The notes under the pieces: model-generated | The model's input: only the letters and a program-made list of their open reading frames with translations | Told to the model about the DNA's origin: nothing | The model's database searches: none | Position numbers and translations under genes: made by a program | Source: a virus | DNA: 64,000 bases | Strand: one strand, 5' to 3' | IMG/VR virus record: IMGVR_UViG_3300008117_000010 | Span: 46,527 to 110,526 of that record | Shown here: positions 47,945 to 57,485 of the stretch, piece by piece | Numbering within the stretch: position 1 is the first letter of the stretch | Layout: each line of letters opens with the position of its first letter

Positions 47945-48995
47945 AAGCTTCTATTTTTTGAAAATCCACTTTAAAATTTATATCCACACCATTATAATAC
48001 TTATCGCTTATTCTATCTAAATCATATTGAATCTCATCATTTAATTCTTTTATTATTATATTTTTAACATCATCTGTTAATACTTTTCTTTTTATACACT
48101 CCCCTATAAATTTTAGTACTGTCATATATTGAAAATCTGAAATTTCACAAGCTCGTTTTTCAAATGATTGATATAATTTAAGTTTTTTAAACCTATTTAA
48201 TCTCCAACCATCTTCCTTTATTAATTTCCAGAGATAATAAAATGATTTATTAATATCACATGTAAATATTAAAGAAGCAGCAGTTGATTGATCATCAGGT
48301 TGTCCACGCAACATATTTCTTATTGTGTAATAATTCTCTTCATTAATATAAAAAGTTGCACAATTATTAAGAAAATCGTTTTCGTTAATAACCTTAAGTT
48401 TATTCTGAAGTAAATTATATAATATAACTAATCCTTCACTGGTTAAAAAACAATAAGAATTATCACAACGATTATTATAGTTGTTATTTTTAATACTATA
48501 ACTATAATTATCTGAGACATCTTCTGAATAAAATAAACCAGAACTAATATCTAAATCTGATATTAATATATCTGATTTTCTATATACCGCTTGATTAAAT
48601 GAATCAATTTCTTCAGTTACATTAAAATGAAGATTAACTCCATTAGATTCTATAATATAGTTACAAGTAGATTGATATGTATTAGTATTACCAATAGTAT
48701 TATTACTTAGTATAACTGTAGCTTTTGTAATATTATTTGTAATTCTAGCTCCAGCTTGTCTAATATATTCTTTTAAATCTGATTGTTTGGAATTATATCC
48801 ATCTAATATATACACCCTATCATTTGTTGAAATAGATTGTGACCCGCCTTTTAAGCGAGCCACAATCTTATCAATAGCATCTTTAGAAACTTTATGAATA
48901 ACCTTAGAGTATAAGTGATTATTCATTGTTTCTAAATACCAATATGATCCTTCAACAAACTTTAGTTTTTTAACTAAAGCATTATCTATTGTCAT
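47922..48995 (-). CDS. Hypothetical protein with BRCT-like segment and shared helical motif (paralog 2)
   Basis: KQSDLKEYIRQAGARITNNITKATVIL; INEENYYTIRNMLRGQPDDQSTAASLI. Confidence 0.6.
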   Translation of the reverse strand: MTIDNALVKKLKFVEGSYWYLETMNNHLYSKVIHKVSKDAIDKIVARLKGGSQSISTNDRVYILDGYNSKQSDLKEYIRQAGARITNNITKATVILSNNTIGNTNTYQSTCNYIIESNGVNLHFNVTEEIDSFNQAVYRKSDILISDLDISSGLFYSEDVSDNYSYSIKNNNYNNRCDNSYCFLTSEGLVILYNLLQNKLKVINENDFLNNCATFYINEENYYTIRNMLRGQPDDQSTAASLIFTCDINKSFYYLWKLIKEDGWRLNRFKKLKLYQSFEKRACEISDFQYMTVLKFIGECIKRKVLTDDVKNIIIKELNDEIQYDLDRISDKYYNGVDINFKVDFQKIEAYVNAQDN

Positions 48996-50179
48996 TGAAT
49001 TGTCATTTCTACAATTTTTGGATCAAGTAATAATTTTTGAAACTTATTCTTATTACCATTAACAATACCACGAATCAAATAATATTTCAGATCATTTGTA
49101 AAGATGTCCTGATCATTAATTAATTCTTTTACTCTATCAATAAATGATTGATTGATTGTATTATCTTTTGCATATGTCAATGCCGTATTTAGTATACGGG
49201 TTGTCATTATGCTTGCAATATCTGCACGATAACTACCAAATTCATTTACAGCTTTCATCAATTGACCTTTGATACTTGGCCAATCTTTTTCAGTCAAGAC
49301 TTTTATTGGCGTAATAAGTTTATCTAGTTTATTATTAATAAACATATTAAACATAGTAGTAAACTCTGGACCAACAGAACCTTCACCAATCATTTGAATC
49401 ATAGGAAGATTGCTTTCAAAAGTTTCAAATGAACTAATAGAATTAAAGAAAGTGGTAATACTACGAGCATTAGTATCTTTCGTTACAAGTTCAGGATGTA
49501 ACAATAAGAAATTAATACAGCGTGAATCAATAGTATTTTCTTCTGCCCACCTTGCCCAACATTGAATATCAAATTCAAGATTAGCAGTAATGAATCGAGT
49601 CTTTTGTGCAGAGTCAATACTATTTACAAGATACTCACCATTATCTGGATTCGTAGTCAAAATAATATGCCAATCTTTTGGAAGAGACCAAGAATAATAT
49701 TTTTGCCTATCTATCAATTCCATACATGCTTGCAAAAATCTTTGATCTGCTCGCGTATAGTCATCAAGAATTAGAATACCACCTTCTCCTTTACCTTCTA
49801 TCCATTCTGGTGCAGCATGTGTCATACGCTTACGACCAGATGGACGATACTTTGCTTGGATGTAAGTATTCATAATTGATTCTGGAACCCATTTAATATT
49901 TTGTTTTCCATCTTCATCCTTAATAAGCTCAAACTCTTTCATTGGAAAACCAGTTAGATCACCAATTTCCTCAATCTGCGCAAGGTTCACCTTAACTACA
50001 TTAAGACCTAGCTCTTCTCCAATTTGCAATATTGTAGATGTTTTACCAATACCAGCTTCACCTTCTACCGCACAAGCGACGGGCATCTTATTTCTTTCTT
50101 GTAAATAGCGATTGTTGCTTACGATGTGCTTAATAAAATCTTTCAGCTCGTCCGTGTTCAAATTAATTTGTTTGCTCAT
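48992..50179 (-). CDS. MoxR-like AAA+ ATPase
   Basis: Walker A GEAGIGKT, GDLTGFP, Walker B ILILDDYTRA, TTNP, DSAQKTRF. Confidence 0.88.
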   Translation of the reverse strand: MSKQINLNTDELKDFIKHIVSNNRYLQERNKMPVACAVEGEAGIGKTSTILQIGEELGLNVVKVNLAQIEEIGDLTGFPMKEFELIKDEDGKQNIKWVPESIMNTYIQAKYRPSGRKRMTHAAPEWIEGKGEGGILILDDYTRADQRFLQACMELIDRQKYYSWSLPKDWHIILTTNPDNGEYLVNSIDSAQKTRFITANLEFDIQCWARWAEENTIDSRCINFLLLHPELVTKDTNARSITTFFNSISSFETFESNLPMIQMIGEGSVGPEFTTMFNMFINNKLDKLITPIKVLTEKDWPSIKGQLMKAVNEFGSYRADIASIMTTRILNTALTYAKDNTINQSFIDRVKELINDQDIFTNDLKYYLIRGIVNGNKNKFQKLLLDPKIVEMTIQ

Positions 50180-50180
50180 T

Positions 50181-51371
50181 TTAATTAAGTTTAATTACTT
50201 TACCTGGTAAATTATCATTCATGGGAGATGAAGAAGATAGTACCCATAGTACTCTTCCTCTTACATTATCTGGAGCCCATGCTTCTCCATCTGTAAAATA
50301 TACAAGAGATGTAAACTTATGTATGTTTTCATTATAGTAATCAATAACAGGTTGAAAACTCGTACCACCTCTACCATATATTTTAATTTCATGGTTTGGT
50401 TTATACGTAGCTATGTTACTGATTGCTGTATCACATTGAATTACTGTTATATCAGATCCCGTTTTATGAATATGATCAATCTCATTAAAGAACTCTTTCA
50501 GTTCATTATCATTAACGGAACCTGATGTATCAATAGCCAATAGCATGTGACGCTTTTGCTTAATTTTCAGTCCTGGATTTTCTTCAAATCTCTTATTAGG
50601 TTTTCTCTTAAGTTTTTTTGTAAATACTTTTTGAGATCCTCCTGAAAATTTTCTAAGATAACTGCGCCAATCAAACTTTGGTGGTTCTTTTTCAAGTAGT
50701 TTTAATAGTCCTGCTACTTCACCTGGAATATTTCCACATGATTTAGCTACTGCATTTGCAATATCAGTAAGAATATGTTGTGTTTGACTTTCAAGTAATT
50801 TCTTTTCTGCTTCTGAAAGTCCTTGAAAATCTTTCCAATCATGATTTGGAATAGTATTTCCATTAGAATCAGTAACCTCTTGATTATCACCTCCCTGAGA
50901 ATCCATTAGACTTTTTAGTTCTGGAGAGTTTTGAAAATTATTATCAACTTCTTGTTGAAGTAATTTATAATATTCTCTACAACCAGCTTTCAAAGGTAAA
51001 TTTAGTTCTGGAAAAGTTTCTGGTAGTAATGCACCATTAGGTAAATATTCAGAATTAATATATTGATTGATCTCAATGTCCATCGCAATATTAGCTAGAC
51101 GTTTATCTCTAAACTCTTCGTGAATATTCACATGAAAAAATACAATATGTAAAAGTTCATGCTTGAGTAATCCTAATTTGTGATCATCAATTAAGTTATT
51201 CCAAAAATTAGTATTAATCTTTAGTTTATATCCAATATTATGTTTACAAACACCTGCTGTAGATATTCTTTCGTCCCATTCTTTATTCAATGAAACAAGA
51301 AAGAGCCCATAAAAAGGCTCTTTTAACATCAAGGTCTTTGCTATTTTTGATAATGATTTATGTTTATCCAT
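50181..51371 (-). CDS. Metallopeptidase-like plus vWA protein (DUF2201-like)
   Basis: HELLH..NIAMDIEINQ; MIDAS DTSGS, GRGGT, YFTDG. Confidence 0.88.
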   Translation of the reverse strand: MDKHKSLSKIAKTLMLKEPFYGLFLVSLNKEWDERISTAGVCKHNIGYKLKINTNFWNNLIDDHKLGLLKHELLHIVFFHVNIHEEFRDKRLANIAMDIEINQYINSEYLPNGALLPETFPELNLPLKAGCREYYKLLQQEVDNNFQNSPELKSLMDSQGGDNQEVTDSNGNTIPNHDWKDFQGLSEAEKKLLESQTQHILTDIANAVAKSCGNIPGEVAGLLKLLEKEPPKFDWRSYLRKFSGGSQKVFTKKLKRKPNKRFEENPGLKIKQKRHMLLAIDTSGSVNDNELKEFFNEIDHIHKTGSDITVIQCDTAISNIATYKPNHEIKIYGRGGTSFQPVIDYYNENIHKFTSLVYFTDGEAWAPDNVRGRVLWVLSSSSPMNDNLPGKVIKLN

Positions 51372-51762
51372 TATAAATCAATTTTAATTTAAACTTTTCT
51401 ATAGGTAAAATCTTATATCCATCAGATGAGAATAAAGTATTCTGTAATTCATCAGCAAAAATATCTGCTAGCATTTGAACAGAGTCTTCATTACCATTTT
51501 CAGTTTCATCTAATAAAATATTTTGCCACCTATTATTAGTGAACAATATTTTTTCGGTAAAATCCTTTGAAAAATTATACTTATCTAAGTCAGCATTTAT
51601 TTTAGCAATTTTAAATAATGACTTAATCTGATTCTTATACTTTAGATAGTCACTTTGATCTAAAATTGTAAAAGCTAAATTTCTATTTTCATTATCAGAA
51701 CTTAATAATAATTCTAATATACGATTATACTGGTCTCTATCTTTTAAATTAATATTTTCCAT
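51364..51762 (-). CDS. Hypothetical protein with shared helical motif (paralog 3)
   Basis: DRDQYNRILELLLSSDNENRNLAFTIL. Confidence 0.65.
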   Translation of the reverse strand: MENINLKDRDQYNRILELLLSSDNENRNLAFTILDQSDYLKYKNQIKSLFKIAKINADLDKYNFSKDFTEKILFTNNRWQNILLDETENGNEDSVQMLADIFADELQNTLFSSDGYKILPIEKFKLKLIYNG

Positions 51763-52109
51763 CAGTCTTCAATTTTAATTGTTCTTAACATCCATTGTGG
51801 TTTTGTTTCAGCATGAAATGCATTAATCCATTCTTTAGCAGAAGGTATATATCCGTTACAATCTTCTTTAACATGTTGCTCACCAACATATCTTGTATAA
51901 ACTACCTTACCTTCTGAATTAATAAACTTTGAACCAAAGTGTTTTTCCATTTCAAATATACCTTCTGAATGATGTCTAAAACAACGATGTGCACTATGTC
52001 CTAACCAACTTTTAGTTTCATCAAACCACTCATGAATTCTTATATAATCTTCTTCTTTACCACCAAATTTTTTTACCGATGACTTAGCATGTGATTGTGG
52101 ATGAGCCAT
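51762..52109 (-). CDS. DUF6915-like His-rich protein
   Basis: MAHPQSHAKSS..KFGG..DY..IHEWFD..HR..RHHSEG..EQHVKED. Confidence 0.7.
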   Translation of the reverse strand: MAHPQSHAKSSVKKFGGKEEDYIRIHEWFDETKSWLGHSAHRCFRHHSEGIFEMEKHFGSKFINSEGKVVYTRYVGEQHVKEDCNGYIPSAKEWINAFHAETKPQWMLRTIKIED

Positions 52110-52111
52110 AA

Positions 52112-52492
52112 TTAAATTATATTATCCGTATATTCTTCTTCTTCTATATTTGTAATTCGAACATTATTATTAATAGTATAAGTGTTTGCATATAAATCTA
52201 AAATGATTGTTCCAAAACCACCTTCATTATTATACCAGTCACTTACATTATTTAAAACTTTATAAGCCCAATTTTCTAAAACACCATTACCTGTAGGAAT
52301 AGGCTCATGATTTATTTGATTATAATAGTCTATTTCAACTTCATTTGAATATCCAACATAATCAATAGATCCGCTATCTCCAGCTCCTTCATATGCAATA
52401 ACAATATACTTATATCCTAAATCTTTAGCTTGTAAGATTTCTGCTAACATTAAATTATTATCATTGTCAGCATCATTAAATACTTTATTCAT
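52112..52492 (-). CDS. DUF6878-like protein
   Basis: YEGAGDSG..DWYNNEGGFG. Confidence 0.65.
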   Translation of the reverse strand: MNKVFNDADNDNNLMLAEILQAKDLGYKYIVIAYEGAGDSGSIDYVGYSNEVEIDYYNQINHEPIPTGNGVLENWAYKVLNNVSDWYNNEGGFGTIILDLYANTYTINNNVRITNIEEEEYTDNII

Positions 52493-52926
52493 AATTGATT
52501 ATTCATTAAGTTCCACATATGTATTGCATCTGCTTCATTATCATCATTACCTAAATAACCATACTTACTTTTAGCAGATTCAATCATTTCTTCTTTACTA
52601 GCATTACCTTTTCCAGTAGCAAATTTTTTAATTTCACTAGCGGATAATGCTGAATATTGAATATTATTCACTTCACAAAACTCTTCAAGAATTGCAATTA
52701 ATTTTGCTTGGTGAATAATTGAATTAGCATGTCTACCTGCTGGTCTTTCATACACAATAAGATTTAAATTTTCTAATGAATGAATTTCAGATAACTTAGA
52801 TTTAAATCTAATTAGTTTCATACCCATTGATTCATCTTTTTTAGTTTTTAAATCCCAAGTACCATAAGTCAAGTTATTTAAACACCAACCTGTAGTAGAC
52901 GCTACATCAAGAGCTAAAGTTTTCAT
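52489..52926 (-). CDS. ruvC: RuvC-like Holliday junction resolvase
   Basis: LALD..TGW, IVYE, IKKFATGKGNASKEEM, DDNEADA. Confidence 0.88.
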   Translation of the reverse strand: MKTLALDVASTTGWCLNNLTYGTWDLKTKKDESMGMKLIRFKSKLSEIHSLENLNLIVYERPAGRHANSIIHQAKLIAILEEFCEVNNIQYSALSASEIKKFATGKGNASKEEMIESAKSKYGYLGNDDNEADAIHMWNLMNNQL

Positions 52927-53875
52927 TTTTGTACTTTCTTAATTCAGTTAACAATTCTAATCTTACCTCATCAATACCATAATTCATAATCGAATCACTG
53001 ATATCTTTAGATAAGTTCAAAGTTATAGAATAAATATTGTAAATCTGATATCTATTAGCGGCTTCTTTACCCGGCTTATCATTATCAAATAAAACAATAA
53101 CGTGTTTATATCTATTCTTTAACCATTTAATTGTTGATTCTTTAAGTAAAGTATTCTCACTATTTGGTGCAATAGCATCAGCTTTAATTTTAGTCGCTTT
53201 AAAAGACATAATATCTTTTAATGAGCTACAAATAATGATATACTCGTTTTGAAAACTTAGTTGATCTAGTCCTTGAATATAATCTCCATTTATAATAGTA
53301 AACTTATTAGTGGAATATGGTTGATAAATTCTATACAGAGACCCATCATTTTTAAAATAACCATAACAATTTGCAGATGCTATTTTAATATCGGGATACT
53401 CTGGTTTCTTTAGTACAGCTTCAGCAATTGGCTTAACGTTATATTGTTCTAATAAATATGAACCAATACCAAATTGTGTCCAATACTTTTCATCAAGTTT
53501 ATTCCACAAGCGTAGTTTAAACTCATCCAGTTTATACTTTTCTTCTGGTTTAAATTCAATAACTTTAAATTTACCTTTATCTTTTATGTAGTTATTATAA
53601 TCCTTAAGTATTCTTATAACCGCTGCATGATTCGATTCATTAAATAGTTCAGCAACTAAATTAATGTGGTTACCGCCTTTACCTGAAGAAAAATCTTTAA
53701 AGAAATAAATACCATTTGACATGGCAATATACATACTTGGGGTATTCTCTTTATTCCAAAGAGATTTAATTTTAATAGATTGCCCTGCAAGAGTAATAGG
53801 TAAATTACAATAATACTCATAAACCCATGCATGTGGTACTTCTTCTATATCAGTAATAATCTTTGTTCTAATCAC
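52907..53875 (-). CDS. dnaG: DnaG-type TOPRIM primase (crAss-like), GTG start
   Basis: FKDFSSG, RIYQP, CSSLKD, LFDNDKPG, KDISD. Confidence 0.8.
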   Translation of the reverse strand: MIRTKIITDIEEVPHAWVYEYYCNLPITLAGQSIKIKSLWNKENTPSMYIAMSNGIYFFKDFSSGKGGNHINLVAELFNESNHAAVIRILKDYNNYIKDKGKFKVIEFKPEEKYKLDEFKLRLWNKLDEKYWTQFGIGSYLLEQYNVKPIAEAVLKKPEYPDIKIASANCYGYFKNDGSLYRIYQPYSTNKFTIINGDYIQGLDQLSFQNEYIIICSSLKDIMSFKATKIKADAIAPNSENTLLKESTIKWLKNRYKHVIVLFDNDKPGKEAANRYQIYNIYSITLNLSKDISDSIMNYGIDEVRLELLTELRKYKNENFSS

Positions 53876-53888
53876 TGTAGTAAGAATT

Positions 53889-53920
53889 AAAAAGGGGTAG
53901 CTTATTAGGCCACCCCTTTT
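53889..53920 (-). terminator. Intrinsic terminator-like hairpin (possibly bidirectional)
   Basis: aaaaggggt...acccctttt stem with A/T tails on both sides. Confidence 0.7.
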
Positions 53921-53937
53921 AACCTAGGGCAACCTAA

Positions 53938-54621
53938 TTATATATCAAAATCATCACCAGTCATAGTGGTGTTACCGAATGTCTCAACGGATTCAGAAAC
54001 TTTTTGTTTAATAAGATGTGTACTTTCATTAAAAGTAATCAGCTTACTATACTCTTTCTGCACCTTTGTTGATTCAAATGGCTTACCTTGCTTGCTTACT
54101 CGTGGAAAGAATAAATCATAATTCATATAACCATTACGATTTGTATATTCTTTACCACCAATACACATTCTCAAAGGAATTCCTTTAAAAGGTTTATCCT
54201 CATTAAATTTAGTAAACAAACTTTCAATAGTATCATGTTGATTATCTTGTGCTTCAAGCCAAGCTTCGCAACCTAATTCTACACATAGTCCTTTAAGTGC
54301 ACGCAACATTGAAACGTCACGATCTACTTTAATTCCTGTTTTAGTTTCGCCACTTGAGAAAGAATACTGACTCATTCTTACACGACCAACTTGTCCTTTA
54401 TGTCGACCAAGACTTTCATTATCCTTATCAATAAAGAAACCCTCAAAATCAGGACCTAAATCAGGACCTTCACACGATAAAACAATATCATATGCCTTCT
54501 GATCATAAGGTGGTTTACGTAATTCAACATTGTAAATGGTACAATCTAAATTACCAGGCTCAATTACTTTAGAGATAAGATCGCCAGAATTCTTAATCTC
54601 GATGTCTTTTGTACTAATCAT
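53938..54621 (-). CDS. Putative single-stranded DNA-binding protein
   Basis: Lies between primase and Sak4-like ATPase; acidic-aromatic tail GDDFDI. Confidence 0.55.
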   Translation of the reverse strand: MISTKDIEIKNSGDLISKVIEPGNLDCTIYNVELRKPPYDQKAYDIVLSCEGPDLGPDFEGFFIDKDNESLGRHKGQVGRVRMSQYSFSSGETKTGIKVDRDVSMLRALKGLCVELGCEAWLEAQDNQHDTIESLFTKFNEDKPFKGIPLRMCIGGKEYTNRNGYMNYDLFFPRVSKQGKPFESTKVQKEYSKLITFNESTHLIKQKVSESVETFGNTTMTGDDFDI

Positions 54622-54641
54622 GTTTTTAAAAAATTAATTAA

Positions 54642-55388
54642 TTAATCAATATATACTTTATCCCAGTGAGTAATATACTCACCGTTTTCATTTATTTCAC
54701 TAATCACAAACTCTTGGTTACACAAATGTTCGGGACGCGCACCACATGCTACTGTATCACTAGTCTTAAAACTAATCATATTTTTATTTCCCTTACGATA
54801 TAGATAACCAATGGCATCTGATTGTGAAGTACTAATTCTTTTAAGCTTACCTGTTAAATCAAGCTCAACTGAATTAATTTCGGAACCTTCTTTTTCTAAG
54901 AGTACATCTTTAATATGACCAACCAAAATAACTTTTGGTGCCCATGTCTTGATGTATTCAATTACTTTAAAGAAAGCTTCTCTTAACCAGTTATAACCTG
55001 ATCCATTAGGAAGATTAATAATAGAACCATATTTAATCTTACCATCAGTAAACCAATTTTTACCACCTGGAGATTTAGAATAGAGTTCTTCTGCATACGG
55101 AATACACATATCTTCTAATGCAGTAATAGTATCTACCGCAATATACTCATAAGGTTTTCCCGCTTCTTTAATCTTAACTCCTATTTCTTTAATTTCTTTT
55201 ACACTCGATGCTTTGATCTTCAATGCATCTACATAATCGCTACCACCTTCTAAATCAAGTAATAAACAGTTATCAAGCTTTGAAAGCAAACTGGTCTTAC
55301 CAACTTTTGGTTTCGCAATAAGAATTAAATTTTTAGGACTTTTTGTTGAAGCTTTAACAATTTGCGTAGGCAAAATTATTTCACTCAT
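54642..55388 (-). CDS. AAA_24 / Sak4-like ATPase
   Basis: AKPKVGKT, LDLEGG, IAVDTIT, LVGH, SDAIGY. Confidence 0.85.
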   Translation of the reverse strand: MSEIILPTQIVKASTKSPKNLILIAKPKVGKTSLLSKLDNCLLLDLEGGSDYVDALKIKASSVKEIKEIGVKIKEAGKPYEYIAVDTITALEDMCIPYAEELYSKSPGGKNWFTDGKIKYGSIINLPNGSGYNWLREAFFKVIEYIKTWAPKVILVGHIKDVLLEKEGSEINSVELDLTGKLKRISTSQSDAIGYLYRKGNKNMISFKTSDTVACGARPEHLCNQEFVISEINENGEYITHWDKVYID

Positions 55389-55900
55389 TTACTTAGGCTT
55401 TTAGCTATTAATTCAAGATTACGATTAATCTTCTCTAGTACTTTAACAAGGTCGGTTGTTTCCTTGTTGCTCTGAAGTATTTCTTCAAAGGTATTTACGA
55501 TCTCTACTTTACTTGGTAGAGGTCTCTCGACTTTACTTAATTCTGAAACAGGAACAGCATATCTTACATATCCATCACTATTAGCTTCTATTTGACCATA
55601 TTCTTCTTCCCAATGTGGATTAAAATGATACTTCCATAATGTTCTATTGGGATCTTCTGGTTCATAGTTTCTATCAATAAATTCAGTATATATATCTACA
55701 CCTTTTCTTAATTCACTAGGAAAAAATGTAACACATACTTCATTAAAACCGTGAGGTTTATAGGCTAACTTAGGATAGAAATATGCATTTGATTCACCAA
55801 TATGATCAAATGTAATTTGATGATAGTTTCTGAGATCAGATATTTTTTCTCTGTTATCAGAATTAGATTGATTTGGTTTTTTAGTGCTTATTGACATCAT
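55385..55900 (-). CDS. Hypothetical protein
   Basis: 171-aa ORF with ATGA overlaps. Confidence 0.75.
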   Translation of the reverse strand: MMSISTKKPNQSNSDNREKISDLRNYHQITFDHIGESNAYFYPKLAYKPHGFNEVCVTFFPSELRKGVDIYTEFIDRNYEPEDPNRTLWKYHFNPHWEEEYGQIEANSDGYVRYAVPVSELSKVERPLPSKVEIVNTFEEILQSNKETTDLVKVLEKINRNLELIAKSLSK

Positions 55901-56895
55901 TTATAAGTATTTATTCTTTTTTCTTGTTGTGCAGGTGTAGCTGTTTCAATTATTCTCATCTTATCATATTGAGCTCTAAAGAAACTCATTCTAGTATCAC
56001 CATTTCTACACTTAAGAAAGTGCATTACTAGTATGTTATCATCTTCAATTATATACCTATCAGGTCCATAATATCGAATACGCATAAGACCTGGACGATT
56101 CAAACCTACTACTAAATCAGCGTGTTGTAACAAAGCATCTGCTCCCATAATATCAGAAGTAAGAATATAGTTACCTATTTTACCTTCTTCTGCTCTCTCA
56201 GGATTATCTATATTACGATTAAGCTGACTTAAAATAATAAAATGAATAGGAAACTTTCTTTTCAAATCAGTACATGCCTCACCAAAATTATATAATACCT
56301 CCATCTTATCTTTTTCGTATGAAGATTTCTTTAATAAAAGTGAGTGATCCAAAGTTACAATAGTATTTACATACACGTAACGACCTTCGTCATTTTTTTC
56401 TGCGTGTGCATTCATATACTTAGTAACAATATCAACAAACTCATGTACAGTTGGCGCTTCTTCTACAATATCTATAGGATCATTAGCTCTTTGTTTAGCA
56501 TATTCAGCGCAAAGTTTTAAATCTACATTAGATAATGTTCCTTCAGCACTACATAAATACTTATAACTCTTACCAATAACACTAGAATATTGTCGAATAG
56601 CTGATGTTCTACCAACCATTTCTAATTGAAATTCTAACACCCTAAATTTTTCTTCGGGGTTTAAAACAAAAATCTCTCTAATAATTTGATCCTTAAGTAG
56701 TGTTTTACCAGCACCAGGTCTACCACCAATCACAGTCATAGAATGCCACTCTAATCCATCTGTTGTCGCATCATTAAATTTTAACCATGGAGTTTTAAGG
56801 CTACGGATTTGACCATCCATACGCCCTTTAAGATAATACAGTGACTCACGATATGCTTCCTTTTGATTTTTCCAAGGAAGATTTTTATCTGACAT
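55897..56895 (-). CDS. dnaB: DnaB-like SF4 replicative helicase
   Basis: GGRPGAGKT, QLEM, LDH, LSQLNR, ADLV, KCRNG. Confidence 0.92.
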   Translation of the reverse strand: MSDKNLPWKNQKEAYRESLYYLKGRMDGQIRSLKTPWLKFNDATTDGLEWHSMTVIGGRPGAGKTLLKDQIIREIFVLNPEEKFRVLEFQLEMVGRTSAIRQYSSVIGKSYKYLCSAEGTLSNVDLKLCAEYAKQRANDPIDIVEEAPTVHEFVDIVTKYMNAHAEKNDEGRYVYVNTIVTLDHSLLLKKSSYEKDKMEVLYNFGEACTDLKRKFPIHFIILSQLNRNIDNPERAEEGKIGNYILTSDIMGADALLQHADLVVGLNRPGLMRIRYYGPDRYIIEDDNILVMHFLKCRNGDTRMSFFRAQYDKMRIIETATPAQQEKRINTYK

Positions 56896-56913
56896 ACAAG
56901 GTTATTTAACTAC

Positions 56914-57483
56914 TTATACTACTTTCTCTTTAAAAAACGAATCGTTTTCCTCGTCAATGCCGCTTTGTATTATTTCACAATAGTTTGCTAATTCAGAATC
57001 CCTAGTCTTATCAGGGTTTGTTTTAACAATAAAGTATTGTGAATTGCGCATGTAAAGGTAATTCTTTTTCTCGTAAGAGTCAATATAATAAGCGGTGGCT
57101 TTTAAAATAATTTCCCAAGAGTAATCGTAGTTACTAAAAAACCATTTAAAACAATTCTCAATGTTTTTATATGCTGATCTAGCAAGTTTACCACTTGGTA
57201 ATTTTTTGGCAGGAAACAATTCAATATATGTTCTAATCATATCTTGAGACTGCTCTACAGTAGGGGTACTACTGTCTAAAATTTTTAAGCCTTCTTTTAT
57301 TAATTCATTAGCTTTTGCACTTAACTTATTATTATCTGTAATAAGTTTAGCATTTTTAAGATGTCTTATTTCCAAATGCACATTCATAATACTTGGACGC
57401 TTTTCATTTTGAATAGCAATCAAAGTATAGAACATATTTGGAGTTATCTTATGTAGTTCAAAGAAGGCAAATATTCTATGCAT
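56914..57483 (-). CDS. Hypothetical protein, possible replication initiator/helicase loader
   Basis: 189 aa, immediately upstream of the helicase; function inferred from position only. Confidence 0.5.
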   Translation of the reverse strand: MHRIFAFFELHKITPNMFYTLIAIQNEKRPSIMNVHLEIRHLKNAKLITDNNKLSAKANELIKEGLKILDSSTPTVEQSQDMIRTYIELFPAKKLPSGKLARSAYKNIENCFKWFFSNYDYSWEIILKATAYYIDSYEKKNYLYMRNSQYFIVKTNPDKTRDSELANYCEIIQSGIDEENDSFFKEKVV

Positions 57484-57485
57484 GG

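Noticed and set aside
22507-56895. Inteins or self-splicing introns in RNAP, PolB, primase or helicase
   Set aside because: ORFs are uninterrupted, the replication enzymes are compact, and I saw no splice-junction or homing-endonuclease motifs
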